A stretch of 64,000 nt of DNA, from NCBI GenBank assembly GCA_041649715.1, contig JBAZMP010000003.1, positions 36,155 to 100,154 of the forward strand. Reading direction: 5' to 3'. The notes under the pieces were generated by a model, which saw only the letters and a program-made list of their open reading frames with translations, had not been told where the DNA came from and did no database searches. The DNA is from Patescibacteria group bacterium (GTDB taxonomy: Bacteria > Patescibacteriota > Patescibacteriia > JAXHNJ01). A program made the position numbers and the translations under genes. Positions 1 to 8,866 of the stretch are shown here, piece by piece; within the stretch, counting starts at the first letter, position 1; every line of letters begins with the position of its first letter.

Positions 1-1
1 G

Positions 2-1192
2 GGGCAGATCAAGGGCAAGCTCAAGGAATTTCCCGTACAAACCGAGCAAAAAATCCACGGCGGTATTTTCCGTTTCCGGCGCCTTAATCCCGCCGCCCGG
101 CGGACCCTGATTATTGCCCTTGTCTTTCTTTTCCTCTTTTGCGCCAGCATCGTCATCATCGGACAGGTCCGGGAAGGGAACATTTCCGCCCAAGCGAAAG
201 AACAAATGATCAAGGATATTCATGATAAAACTTTTGCGGCCGGCACCGCCCTGACCTATGACGATCTTGGGGGGGCCAAAACGCTCATCGCCGAAGCGCA
301 GGACCTTCTTGGACAGCTGGCCAAAAAAATCGACAAGCAACAGTTCCAAGACCTGCAGAATGAAATTAACGAACAGTATGAAAAAACAAAGCTTGTCGTC
401 AATATCGCCAATCCCGATCTGCTCAAAGACTTAGACGTTTTAGACCCGCCGAATTCCGCCTTGGGAATTTTTTCCTTTGGCAATTTTCTTTATCTTTTTA
501 ACGGCGATGAGATCATCAAAATAGAACGGGAAAGCAAAGACGCGGAAACCCTAAAAACGACCCTTTCCGATATCGGCCTTTTTACCCTCGGCGTCAAGGA
601 AAACACCAACACCCTGCTTTTATACCAGAACAAAAATGGCGTGGTCGCCTACAATACCAACACGAAAAAGTTCTCCCCCTTAAGCATCACCTTTTCAAAC
701 CAGGAAACGAACATCATGGACTTGTCTTTTTATCAGTCCCGCTTTTATTATCTAGATATCAAGAACAACCAGATCTATCGCCACGCCGCGGCCGTCGGCG
801 GCTTCGGAGTAGCGACTCCCTGGATTACGGATTCAAATCTAAATGTCAGCGACGGTGTTTCCCTGGCGGTCGACGGCTCTATCTATCTGCTAAAGAGCAA
901 CGGCCAGGTCCTGGAATTAATTGCCGGCCGGCAGGTGGATTTCTCCTTGGATGAGATCGACCCCAAGCTGACGAAAGGATCAAAGATCTGGACTGATGAA
1001 GGCGCCGCCAATCTTTATATCTTAGACCCGGCCAACAAAAGACTGCTTCAATTCGACAAAAACGGCCAGTTGATAAACCAATACACCAGCGACCAATTCG
1101 CGGATCTGAAAGCCTTTACCGTGAGCGAAAAAGATAAAAAGGCCTATATTTTATCCGGCACAAAAGTATTTCAGATTGATTTGAATATATAG
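2..1192 (+). CDS. 5'-truncated membrane-anchored protein with C-terminal beta-propeller-like domain
   Basis: Frame is open from position 2. TM segment TLIIALVFLFLFCASIVII lies upstream of the ORF-track Met, followed by beta-strand blades (FYYLDIKNNQIYR, LAVDGSIYLL, LYILDPANKRLLQFD). Confidence 0.7.
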   Translation, partial: GQIKGKLKEFPVQTEQKIHGGIFRFRRLNPAARRTLIIALVFLFLFCASIVIIGQVREGNISAQAKEQMIKDIHDKTFAAGTALTYDDLGGAKTLIAEAQDLLGQLAKKIDKQQFQDLQNEINEQYEKTKLVVNIANPDLLKDLDVLDPPNSALGIFSFGNFLYLFNGDEIIKIERESKDAETLKTTLSDIGLFTLGVKENTNTLLLYQNKNGVVAYNTNTKKFSPLSITFSNQETNIMDLSFYQSRFYYLDIKNNQIYRHAAAVGGFGVATPWITDSNLNVSDGVSLAVDGSIYLLKSNGQVLELIAGRQVDFSLDEIDPKLTKGSKIWTDEGAANLYILDPANKRLLQFDKNGQLINQYTSDQFADLKAFTVSEKDKKAYILSGTKVFQIDLNI

Positions 1193-1205
1193 ATACTGTC
1201 GAGAA

Positions 1206-1236
1206 GGGCGGATTCCCAAATCCGCCCGCGTTTTTT
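1206..1236 (+). terminator. Intrinsic terminator of the beta-propeller gene
   Basis: GGGCGGATT-CCCA-AATCCGCCC stem followed by GCGTTTTTT. Confidence 0.7.
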
Positions 1237-1242
1237 GTGGGT

Positions 1243-1270
1243 AAAAAAAGCGGCTCGCCTGACGAGCCGC
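1243..1270 (-). terminator. Intrinsic terminator of ORFan cassette A; near-identical to 1972-1998
   Basis: GCGGCTCG/CGAGCCGC stem with 7-T tract on the minus strand. Confidence 0.8.
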
Positions 1271-1295
1271 GCAAAAGATCATTTGATATTTGGCT

Positions 1296-1886
1296 TCAAT
1301 CCTGACCTTCATTATCATCCTGGAGAAAACCGACGCCAAAGCCCTCGGTAAGAGAAGCCGGGCCGCGGCCAATCCCTCCGATATCATCCATGGGGATGCT
1401 GTTCCTGGAACCGGCCACGAAACGCTCCGTCGTGATCTCAAGGTTATCCCGCTGTCCGAGAATCAAACAAGATTGCATAATGATCCGGCACAAGACGCAG
1501 TCCAGCAAATGAGCGTTGATCTTCGCCTGAGTATCTTCGGGTAATACCTTCCTCTTCCGGGGCTTGGAAAACTCCTTTAGCTGCCCGAATGGGAAGTGAT
1601 CCGGACGGATCACATCGATCATGGTCACCATATCAGAACTTTGGCGGAATTCTTCCAAACAGTAAGGAAAACGATTTTCCTCCAGATTTTTCGCCAGGAC
1701 TTCAATCGATCGTTGGGCATCACCACTGCTCATAAAGAGCTCAAAGAACTCCTTGTAATCGAATATCCTGATCTTCAAAGCGACCAGGTGCCCCATCAGA
1801 GCGATCGAAGCGGAAGGAAGAATCTTCCATTCCTGAAGCATTTTTGTAAGGAACTCTTCCTGGCTCGGCGCATCATCAACCTTCAC
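1296..1886 (-). CDS. Hypothetical protein, ORFan cassette A (probable GTG start at 1886)
   Basis: In frame with ORF 1296..1967. AAGGGGGT SD precedes the GTG; own promoter and terminator; no recognisable motif. Confidence 0.6.
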   Translation of the reverse strand: MKVDDAPSQEEFLTKMLQEWKILPSASIALMGHLVALKIRIFDYKEFFELFMSSGDAQRSIEVLAKNLEENRFPYCLEEFRQSSDMVTMIDVIRPDHFPFGQLKEFSKPRKRKVLPEDTQAKINAHLLDCVLCRIIMQSCLILGQRDNLEITTERFVAGSRNSIPMDDIGGIGRGPASLTEGFGVGFLQDDNEGQD

Positions 1887-1938
1887 GTTTACCCCCTTGG
1901 AATCAGTTTGTGTGTCAAAACTAACTCTTTGTGAAAAA

Positions 1939-1967
1939 ATATTAGCACTAAAATATAATCCTGTCAA
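1939..1967 (-). promoter_or_regulatory. Sigma70-type promoter for cassette A
   Basis: TTGACA-17 nt-TAATAT with TGn extension. Confidence 0.7.
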
Positions 1968-1971
1968 GTTT

Positions 1972-1998
1972 AAAAAAAGCGGCTCGCTGGCGAGCCGC
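1972..1998 (-). terminator. Intrinsic terminator of ORFan cassette B
   Basis: GCGGCTCG/CGAGCCGC stem plus 7 T; same stem as 1243-1270. Confidence 0.8.
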
Positions 1999-2097
1999 TA
2001 TGTGTATTTGTGTCGTCCTAAAGAGATATTATTTTCCGATTTCTTCTTCCCCTTTTCCAAGACTTCCGGCTCTTTTCCCTTAGTAATGCGTTTTTCT

Positions 2098-2325
2098 TTA
2101 AGGGATGGGCTTGAATTTTTTCTGGATGAAATGACCAGGGGAAGGCGGATCATTCCAATTAAAGAATTTGCCGTCATCAAGCTTATCAGTACAGGCGTAA
2201 GGCAATTCAGTCTCCGGATCATAATGTATACCGGCCCATACGAAAACAGACGCGAATGTATCACCTTTTTTCAATATGACCGAAGAAGATATAGCACCGT
2301 TTATCACTGTAACAGTTACTGGCAT
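2098..2325 (-). CDS. Small hypothetical protein, ORFan cassette B (may be frameshifted relative to 1998..2264)
   Basis: GGAGGT SD before ATG 2325; promoter TTGACT-16-TAAAGT at 2409..2382. Confidence 0.5.
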   Translation of the reverse strand: MPVTVTVINGAISSSVILKKGDTFASVFVWAGIHYDPETELPYACTDKLDDGKFFNWNDPPSPGHFIQKKFKPIP

Positions 2326-2482
2326 CTCGCACCTCCAATTGTGTTAGCGCAAATTTGACAACGAGCAATTCCTCCACAAACACTTTAACAGAAAGCTGTG
2401 GTAAGTCAAGCAGAGGAAAAATCCGCGCAGGCGCAGAGGCCTGCGCTGTTTTATGGATTTACCGTCATGTTTATATAAAAAA

Positions 2483-2540
2483 AACAACGCGGGTGTCTCC
2501 GTTCGGCCCGAGCTCACGGCCGAGGGCTGCCCGCGTTGTT
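2483..2540 (-). terminator. rplL terminator with a 36-nt dispersed repeat in its loop
   Basis: AACAACGCGGG/CCCGCGTTGTT stem with T tract on minus. Loop 2494-2529 recurs inverted at 25691-25726. Confidence 0.7.
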
Positions 2541-2554
2541 ATTGTAAAACGTTG

Positions 2555-2959
2555 TTATTTAAGCGTCACTTTGGCGCCGGCGGTTTCCAGCTTCTTTTTT
2601 ATTTCCGCCGCTTCTTCTTTGGAGGCGCCTTCCTTGACCACCTGTGGGGCCTTATCCACCAGATCCTTGGCTTCCTTCAAGCCTTTCTGGGTGATCTCGC
2701 GGATCACTTTGATGACCGCGATCTTATTGGCGCCACCTTCCGTGATTTCCACGTTAAAGGTGGACTGCTCTTCCGCGGCCGGTCCAGCCGCCGCGCCTGC
2801 GGAGGCCATCATCATCGGGGCCTGGGCCGAAACGCCGAATTTCTCTTCCAGCACTTTCACCAGTTCCGCCAAATCCAGGACCGAGAGTTTTTCAATTTTC
2901 TCGATCATGTCCTTAAATTTTTCCGGAACGGCCACTGTTTTCTTTTCTTCATCTGCCAT
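2555..2959 (-). CDS. rplL: 50S ribosomal protein L7/L12
   Basis: [40 protein letters not shown] motifs. Confidence 0.98.
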   Translation of the reverse strand: MADEEKKTVAVPEKFKDMIEKIEKLSVLDLAELVKVLEEKFGVSAQAPMMMASAGAAAGPAAEEQSTFNVEITEGGANKIAVIKVIREITQKGLKEAKDLVDKAPQVVKEGASKEEAAEIKKKLETAGAKVTLK

Positions 2960-2986
2960 ATGTTTTTCCTTATTTAATTATATTAT

Positions 2987-3508
2987 TTAATGACTTTTTT
3001 CCTGGATCGCCTTGAGGACATAAACCAGCTTGTTCAAATTTCCTTTTAAAGTATTCACTAAACCGGTCACCGGGCTCTTGATGACGTAAACCAGCTTGTA
3101 CAGTAATTCTTCTTTACTCGGCAGCTTCGCCATCGCCAAGACCTGCTCTTTCCCAATAAGCTTGTTTTCAAAAATACCGCCGACCAACTTAAGATTTTCG
3201 TGGATTTTGGCGAATTCATAACACAATTTAGCCGGCATGACCTCGTCTTCCAGGCCGAACGCCAAAGCAAAGCCGCTCGTCAGTTCATCTAAATTTATGT
3301 CCATCTTTTTTTCCTTGAGGGCTTTTTTCAAAAGGGTTTTTTTGGCGACGAAATATTCCACCTTATTCTCCCGCAATGTTTTTCTCAATAGATTTATTTC
3401 ATTGACCTTGAGCTTCTCATAATTAACGAAAACCAGGGCTTTCATCGCCTCTAAGTCTTTGGCTAATTTCTTTATTTCCAGTTCTTTTTCCTGGCGTGTT
3501 TTTGGCAT
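2987..3508 (-). CDS. rplJ: 50S ribosomal protein L10 (start ATG 3508)
   Basis: LRKTLRE..VAKKTL, AKLPSKEELL motifs; upstream of rplL. Confidence 0.97.
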   Translation of the reverse strand: MPKTRQEKELEIKKLAKDLEAMKALVFVNYEKLKVNEINLLRKTLRENKVEYFVAKKTLLKKALKEKKMDINLDELTSGFALAFGLEDEVMPAKLCYEFAKIHENLKLVGGIFENKLIGKEQVLAMAKLPSKEELLYKLVYVIKSPVTGLVNTLKGNLNKLVYVLKAIQEKSH

Positions 3509-3620
3509 AAAAAAGAGGTCTTGACACCGCAAGACCTAGACAAGCATGGAAGTTTAACTTCACGCTTCTGCCTCGGTAGGAGATTAAGCCCCATTGGGGC
3601 GCCTACGGTCTGCGGCCTAA
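3509..3620 (-). promoter_or_regulatory. L10 leader (ribosomal protein autoregulatory RNA)
   Basis: Minus strand AGACCGTAGG...TTAA..CCTACCGAGG core, then hairpin AGGTCTTG/CAAGACCT plus T tract directly before rplJ. Confidence 0.85.
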
Positions 3621-3641
3621 ATAATTTGTTAACTTATCCAC

Positions 3642-3669
3642 ATTATAACAGAGCTAAAAATAATGTCAA
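3642..3669 (-). promoter_or_regulatory. rplJL promoter, abutted by a perfect DnaA box (3634-3642)
   Basis: TTGACA-16-TATAAT with TGn. Confidence 0.8.
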
Positions 3670-3675
3670 ATATCC

Positions 3676-3704
3676 AAAAAAGAAAGGGCGGTAAAAAACC
3701 GCCC
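3676..3704 (-). terminator. Terminator of ORFan cassette C
   Basis: GGGCGGT/ACCGCCC stem with T-rich tail on minus. Confidence 0.7.
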
Positions 3705-3727
3705 CGTAAACGCTATTCCCTGCCCCC

Positions 3728-4105
3728 TTAAGGGTAAAGAATCAGATACCAATCGCTTTGACCTCGACCAGTGTGGCGGAAACCGATGGGAACCAGGGCC
3801 CTCTTAATGAGAGTCCATTGCCAGTCGCTGGCGCCTCCCGGACTGACGGTTATTTCCGCGCCGCCTTTTCGGATCCGCTCATCATTCAGGCTTGGAATCC
3901 CAGGCTTAAAAGAGTAATTACCTTCCCAGGGCCGACAGTTCAAGGAGATATAACCCCCCTCATCCAAATCATGGAGAACCGGACCAACAACCAAAAGAGC
4001 TTGAATTGATACCCTGCCCTCAACATCCTTATCAATACTTGTCGGCAAACGGGACAATATACCGCGAAGCTGGCTTATCCTCTGACTATTCCGGCTTGGT
4101 TTCAT
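3728..4105 (-). CDS. Hypothetical protein, ORFan cassette C
   Basis: AGGAGGT SD before ATG; promoter TTGACT-16-TAAAAT at 4187..4160. Confidence 0.65.
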   Translation of the reverse strand: MKPSRNSQRISQLRGILSRLPTSIDKDVEGRVSIQALLVVGPVLHDLDEGGYISLNCRPWEGNYSFKPGIPSLNDERIRKGGAEITVSPGGASDWQWTLIKRALVPIGFRHTGRGQSDWYLILYP

Positions 4106-4193
4106 GAAAACTACCTCCTGACAAAGCTTCCCCGTTATTCAAGCCAACTGTATATCAGTATTTTAGACTTACAACGAAAATAGTCAAATATTA

Positions 4194-4871
4194 TCAATCT
4201 ATAATCGTCCCTTTAAAGCCTTTTCCCTGCAAATAAGCCTTCAAATTAGGCAAATTCGTTCCTTTAATTATGATGACCCGCAAACCAATTTTCTTTGCCA
4301 GTTTCGAGGCCTCCGGATCAAAAGGCGAAGACATCCTCGGCTGCCATTTGGTGCCGATGATTTTCAGATAATCGGCCCACCTTACCTGCTTTAAGGGTTT
4401 GGCGTCCTTGAATTTCCGGGGATCTTTATCATAAACATAATCCTTGTCAAAAAGGTTGATCGCTTCATTCGCCCCAAATTGCTTGGCCAATAGCACCATG
4501 TCCTTGTCTGAAGAACAGCCGGGCTGCCAACCCGAACCAATGATGATCTTTTTATTTGTTTTTACCTTTTCGCAAGGGTTGTAAACGATTTTATCGTACG
4601 CGTAATCGGCAAACATCACTCTCACTAATTCCGCATTCATCTTGGTCGCCGCAATACCAAGCCAGTCGAGATCAATCGGTTTCACTTTACCAAAGGCTTG
4701 GGCTGCCTTATTGTATTCCCTGTTCACCCGGCCGCCGCCGCAAACGATGACAAACCGATGGCCCATTTTGACGAAAGAAAGAATCAGATCGCGGAATTTC
4801 TTTAAGAATTTGACGTTAATCTCGTCGGGTATGATAATCGAACCGCCCAAAGAAATAATAAATGTCTTCAT
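4194..4871 (-). CDS. pyrH: UMP kinase, archaeal-type
   Basis: IISLGGS, VCGGG, GWQPGCSSD, VYDKDP, PFDP motifs. Confidence 0.93.
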   Translation of the reverse strand: MKTFIISLGGSIIIPDEINVKFLKKFRDLILSFVKMGHRFVIVCGGGRVNREYNKAAQAFGKVKPIDLDWLGIAATKMNAELVRVMFADYAYDKIVYNPCEKVKTNKKIIIGSGWQPGCSSDKDMVLLAKQFGANEAINLFDKDYVYDKDPRKFKDAKPLKQVRWADYLKIIGTKWQPRMSSPFDPEASKLAKKIGLRVIIIKGTNLPNLKAYLQGKGFKGTIID

Positions 4872-4940
4872 TTTTTTCAAAGTTTAATATATTTAAGGGA
4901 TAATGTATAATTATAGGACAAATCTTAAAATCAATCAATC

Positions 4941-6413
4941 ATGAATATCCTTCCCTTAAGTTTCATTTTCCTCGGCGCCGGCCTTTTTTCCGTCGTCTAT
5001 TACAAATTAACGCCGGATAAAGAGATGCTCAAGGCCCGCCTGCCCAATAAGGTGGGGGCGGCCGGGATCATCCTTTGGCTGATAATCTGCGTGGCTTTTT
5101 ATTTTATCTTTAAGAACAGCCGCGGCTTTGAACGCACGGTCAGTATTTTTACCCTGCTCTTTGCCCTTCTTGTTTTTGAAACCTTTTTCCTGCTTTTGAT
5201 CCGCTGGTTTAAATCAAACCTTCTGGCCGTCTTAATCGCCCTGCTGGCCAGCGGGGTCTTATTCGCTTTTCATAATTATTATCCGACTTTCACTCTGCGC
5301 AACACCCTGATAATCCTGGGCACCCTGGGGGCCACTACCCTCTTGATAAAACTGAATTATCTGAAAACTTGGATTGTTTTCGGACTGGCTTTTCTCTGGA
5401 CCGGCTATGATATCTATACCACCCGCTATTTTTTGCCGAATGTCCTGGTCCCGGTCACCGAACCGCCAAAGACTTTCTTTTTCCCCTCCGTGATCACCGG
5501 CTCCGTCTCTTTGGGCAGCGGGGATTTCATTTTTCTGGTCCTTTTCACCCTTATTATTCTGAAAAAATTCGGAAAATTAGCCGCCTTAATCCTCGTTGCC
5601 GCCCAAACCGCGGGCTTGCTTTTTACCGGGTTATTTCTGGAAAGTGACTCCATCATCCCCTTCCTGGCGGTCATGACACCGATATTCCTGATTATATATT
5701 TAATTTTATTTATTAATTTAAAACCGAAAGAAAAAAATATGCTTAAGATCGGACACCGAGGGGCTTGCGGCTATGAACCTGAAAATACTCTTGCTTCTTT
5801 TGAGAAAGCCCTGGCTTTAAAAGTAGATATGGTAGAGTTTGATGTTTATGTCTGTAAAACCGGCGAAATTGTTATCATTCATGATGATACTTTAGAACGC
5901 ACAACCAATGGCCAGGGGTTGGTTTGGGAAAAAACATTTGGAGAATTGAGGGCCCTCGATGCCGGCCAAGGCGAAAAAATTCCCACTTTGCCGGAAATTC
6001 TGGATTTAATTGATAAAAAAGTAGCGGTAAATATTGAGTTAAAGGGGCCGGGTACCGCCAAACCGGTTGCCGACGTAATAAGAGAATATCTGACTAAGGG
6101 ATGGAAAAATGATCATTTTATCGTTTCCTCCTTTAATCTTGGAGAGTTAGATTCATTTTATCAACTTTTTCCGGATATAAAAATCGCCGCTTTGATAGAA
6201 AATGAACCAAAAGACTTAAAAAATTTTATCAAAGACAAAGGCTATTCCGCGATCAACCCCGGCTTAAAATTTGTCACCCGAGAATTTGTTAATCAGGTTC
6301 ACAAACTCGGTTTAAAAGTCTACGTCTGGACGGTTAATGAAAAAGAAGACCTTGAAAGAATGAAAAAATGGGGCGTTGACGGCGTCTTCTCTAATTATCC
6401 GGATAGAGTGTGA
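4941..6413 (+). CDS. GxGD-type (presenilin/SPP-like) membrane domain fused to glycerophosphodiester phosphodiesterase
   Basis: About 8-9 TM segments with YD, LGSGD and PFL motifs. C-terminal GDPD (IGHRGA..EPENTL, EFDV, IHDDTLERTT, NIELK, VWTVN) begins at Met 5739. Confidence 0.8.
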   Translation: MNILPLSFIFLGAGLFSVVYYKLTPDKEMLKARLPNKVGAAGIILWLIICVAFYFIFKNSRGFERTVSIFTLLFALLVFETFFLLLIRWFKSNLLAVLIALLASGVLFAFHNYYPTFTLRNTLIILGTLGATTLLIKLNYLKTWIVFGLAFLWTGYDIYTTRYFLPNVLVPVTEPPKTFFFPSVITGSVSLGSGDFIFLVLFTLIILKKFGKLAALILVAAQTAGLLFTGLFLESDSIIPFLAVMTPIFLIIYLILFINLKPKEKNMLKIGHRGACGYEPENTLASFEKALALKVDMVEFDVYVCKTGEIVIIHDDTLERTTNGQGLVWEKTFGELRALDAGQGEKIPTLPEILDLIDKKVAVNIELKGPGTAKPVADVIREYLTKGWKNDHFIVSSFNLGELDSFYQLFPDIKIAALIENEPKDLKNFIKDKGYSAINPGLKFVTREFVNQVHKLGLKVYVWTVNEKEDLERMKKWGVDGVFSNYPDRV

Positions 6414-6440
6414 TCTGTTATCATTTTGAGGAACAATCAG

Positions 6441-7916
6441 ATGAAAGATTGGCTTAAGAAAAATAAATGGACAATTATTATTTTTATGGCCATTATTTTG
6501 ACGGCTGCTTTTTTACGTTTCTACCGACAGGCAGACTACATGACTTTTTTAGGAGATGAGGGCCGGGACGCCATGGCCGTAAAAAAAATATTAGTGGATC
6601 ATGAATTCCCCCTGATTGGCCCTCCCACTTCCTTTGGCAATATTCATCTTGGCCCTCTTTACTATTATATGATGGCGGCGGTCATGGCTATTTTGGGGCT
6701 TAACCCGGTGGTGGCCGCCGGAATGGTGGCCTTCCTGGGCGTAGCCACCGTCGCTATGATCTTTTATTTAGCCCGTAAGTGGTTTGGCCTTTACGGAGCA
6801 ATAATCGCTTCTTTTTTGTACGCCATTTCACCCATGACCATTATTCTTTCCCGTTCTTCTTGGAATCCGAACCCGGTGCCATTTTTTTCCCTATTAGCTT
6901 TTATTGGCCTGGTAAAAGCCCGGGAAAGCCATAATTATCTCTGGTTGATACTAACCGGTGCGGCCCTCGCTTTTGCCCTGCAAATGCACTATCTGACCCT
7001 TATTCTATTGCCACTTTTTGGTATTCTTTGGTTAATTGAATTGACCAGTCCTACTATTGATAAGAAATATTTTCGGGCAGGTACTATTGTCGCAATAATT
7101 GTATTTCTGCTATTAATGTCACCGCTGATAATTTATGACATGGAATATGATCAAGCTAATCTGCGCGCCTTCTTGGAAATGTTTACCGGTAGCCAAGTGA
7201 TAGGTTTAAATTTTCAAGCCGCGGCCTTGAATATTCCCACTATCTATTTTTTTAATTTAATCAATTTTTATATGGCGGGGGGAAATTTATGGCTGGCGGC
7301 TCTACCAGCTCTAATCATCCTGTTTTTTTCCTATAAAGGATTGAAGGATAAAAAAGACAAAAATTTTTGGGTATTTAAATCGTTAGGCATGTGGCTGGTG
7401 ATTGGTCTAATCGGTTTATCCTTGATCCGTCAAAGGATGAATGACCAATATCTGGAATTTCTAAATTTTGTCCCGTATTTGCTGCTGGGCGGGGTGATAA
7501 ATCTTGTGGCCAGAAGATACCGGCTTGCTATACTGATAATGTTGACTCTGTTTTTGGGATTTATTAATTTACAAAAAAATCCCCTTTTGTACCCGGCCAA
7601 CAAACAGTTGGCCAGAACCCAAGAAATTACTAAATTTATTATTGAACAATCAAATGATCAACCTTTTAATTTTGCCCTAATCCCCTACGGCGGAAATTAT
7701 GATATGGCCTATCAATTTTACTTGTGGAAATTTAGGGCAAACGTACAATCCGTTCTTTCGAATAAAACCAGCCAATTATTTGTCGTCTGTGAATATACCA
7801 TTTGCGAACCAACTACCAGTTCTATATCTGAAATATCAGCTTTTGGCGCAAGTAAAATTGTGGCGGAAAATAATATCAATGGTATAAGAATTTTTAGGCT
7901 AGGTCATGCTAACTAA
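6441..7916 (+). CDS. GT-C fold glycosyltransferase (family 39/83, PMT_2/ArnT-like)
   Basis: FLGDEGRD, GPLYYY, WNPN motifs; multi-TM. Confidence 0.85.
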   Translation: MKDWLKKNKWTIIIFMAIILTAAFLRFYRQADYMTFLGDEGRDAMAVKKILVDHEFPLIGPPTSFGNIHLGPLYYYMMAAVMAILGLNPVVAAGMVAFLGVATVAMIFYLARKWFGLYGAIIASFLYAISPMTIILSRSSWNPNPVPFFSLLAFIGLVKARESHNYLWLILTGAALAFALQMHYLTLILLPLFGILWLIELTSPTIDKKYFRAGTIVAIIVFLLLMSPLIIYDMEYDQANLRAFLEMFTGSQVIGLNFQAAALNIPTIYFFNLINFYMAGGNLWLAALPALIILFFSYKGLKDKKDKNFWVFKSLGMWLVIGLIGLSLIRQRMNDQYLEFLNFVPYLLLGGVINLVARRYRLAILIMLTLFLGFINLQKNPLLYPANKQLARTQEITKFIIEQSNDQPFNFALIPYGGNYDMAYQFYLWKFRANVQSVLSNKTSQLFVVCEYTICEPTTSSISEISAFGASKIVAENNINGIRIFRLGHAN

Positions 7917-7934
7917 TCAAATAAATCGAAGGAT

Positions 7935-7962
7935 AAAAAAGGGGCGCTTCGTAGGAAGCGCC
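7935..7962 (-). terminator. Terminator of cassette D
   Basis: GGCGCTTC/GAAGCGCC stem plus T tract on minus. Confidence 0.75.
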
Positions 7963-7991
7963 TTGCTTTGTGTTGAAGGAACGTGACCGGA

Positions 7992-8696
7992 TTACCGGTA
8001 CAGGCTCTTGATCGCACCCCAGGTGCTTTCATCCACGGCGGTAGGCTGGCAAAAAATCTTGGCCACGATGCAACAGGCATCGAATAGCTCGCCGGAGGCA
8101 GCGCCGCATAAGAACGGCGGGTAATCAGCCAGCATCACAGTCGGATAACCAGTCTGCCATACCAGCAAAGCGTTGGAAATAGCATACTGAATCTGGCAAT
8201 GGGTACAATTGTCAAAAGTACCCATGAGGAGGATATTGCTGGTGACGCCGACGGGCGAACCGGCGACATAAGTCACGCGCGCCGCTACGTTAAAGTAGGT
8301 AACCAGGCCGGTGTAGTCGGTTGCACCGCTCCCCCATGATCCGGTACCGGAAAGCCAGAATTGACCGCCGGTGTAGTTGGTGGCGTAATCGATCCAGCCG
8401 TTACCGTAAACGTCAAAGTAACGAGCAGTTTCCACCGCTCCTTCGCTGGCCATGCCCCAAACCTTCCATTGTCCTCCGAGGACTGCGCCATCCCACGACT
8501 GGGCGTTTTCCGTATTGCCCGGCTGACCCGGTCCTAAACCTGCGCACCAGGCTTCCGAAGCCCGGCCGCCGATCATCGTACCGTTGTTTGTGGTGTATAC
8601 CCCATCCTTGGGCGCGTTGTAGCAGACCTGGCCGAAAGCCGGCGCGGCGAAAGCGAGAATCAGCAGACTGACAAGAATCAAATTCAATTTCTTCAC
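7992..8696 (-). CDS. Secreted protein with C-terminal TWGxIKxxYR tail (cassette D; GTG start 8696)
   Basis: GGAGG SD; signal peptide MKKLNLILVSLLILAFAAPAFG; ends PTAVDESTWGAIKSLYR; TTGACA at 8852..8847. Confidence 0.8.
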   Translation of the reverse strand: MKKLNLILVSLLILAFAAPAFGQVCYNAPKDGVYTTNNGTMIGGRASEAWCAGLGPGQPGNTENAQSWDGAVLGGQWKVWGMASEGAVETARYFDVYGNGWIDYATNYTGGQFWLSGTGSWGSGATDYTGLVTYFNVAARVTYVAGSPVGVTSNILLMGTFDNCTHCQIQYAISNALLVWQTGYPTVMLADYPPFLCGAASGELFDACCIVAKIFCQPTAVDESTWGAIKSLYR

Positions 8697-8866
8697 GGAA
8701 AAACCTCCGAGCGAAAAGCTTGTCGACCTAATGGCGAATTTAATAAAAGAGCGTTTTTTTACCCGTCCTCCTTCCTGTCTCATGTTATTCTTTTTACAAT
8801 CAAAAATTTCGGCGAGTAAATACAAAATAAACCAAAAATTGGTTTTTGTCAAGGGTAAAGTATTAA

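Noticed and set aside
2355-2990. Plus-strand ORFs of 211 and 174 aa
   Set aside because: Antisense shadows of rplL. Similar antisense ORFs over pilB, the adhesin, ABC genes and copA were also discarded.
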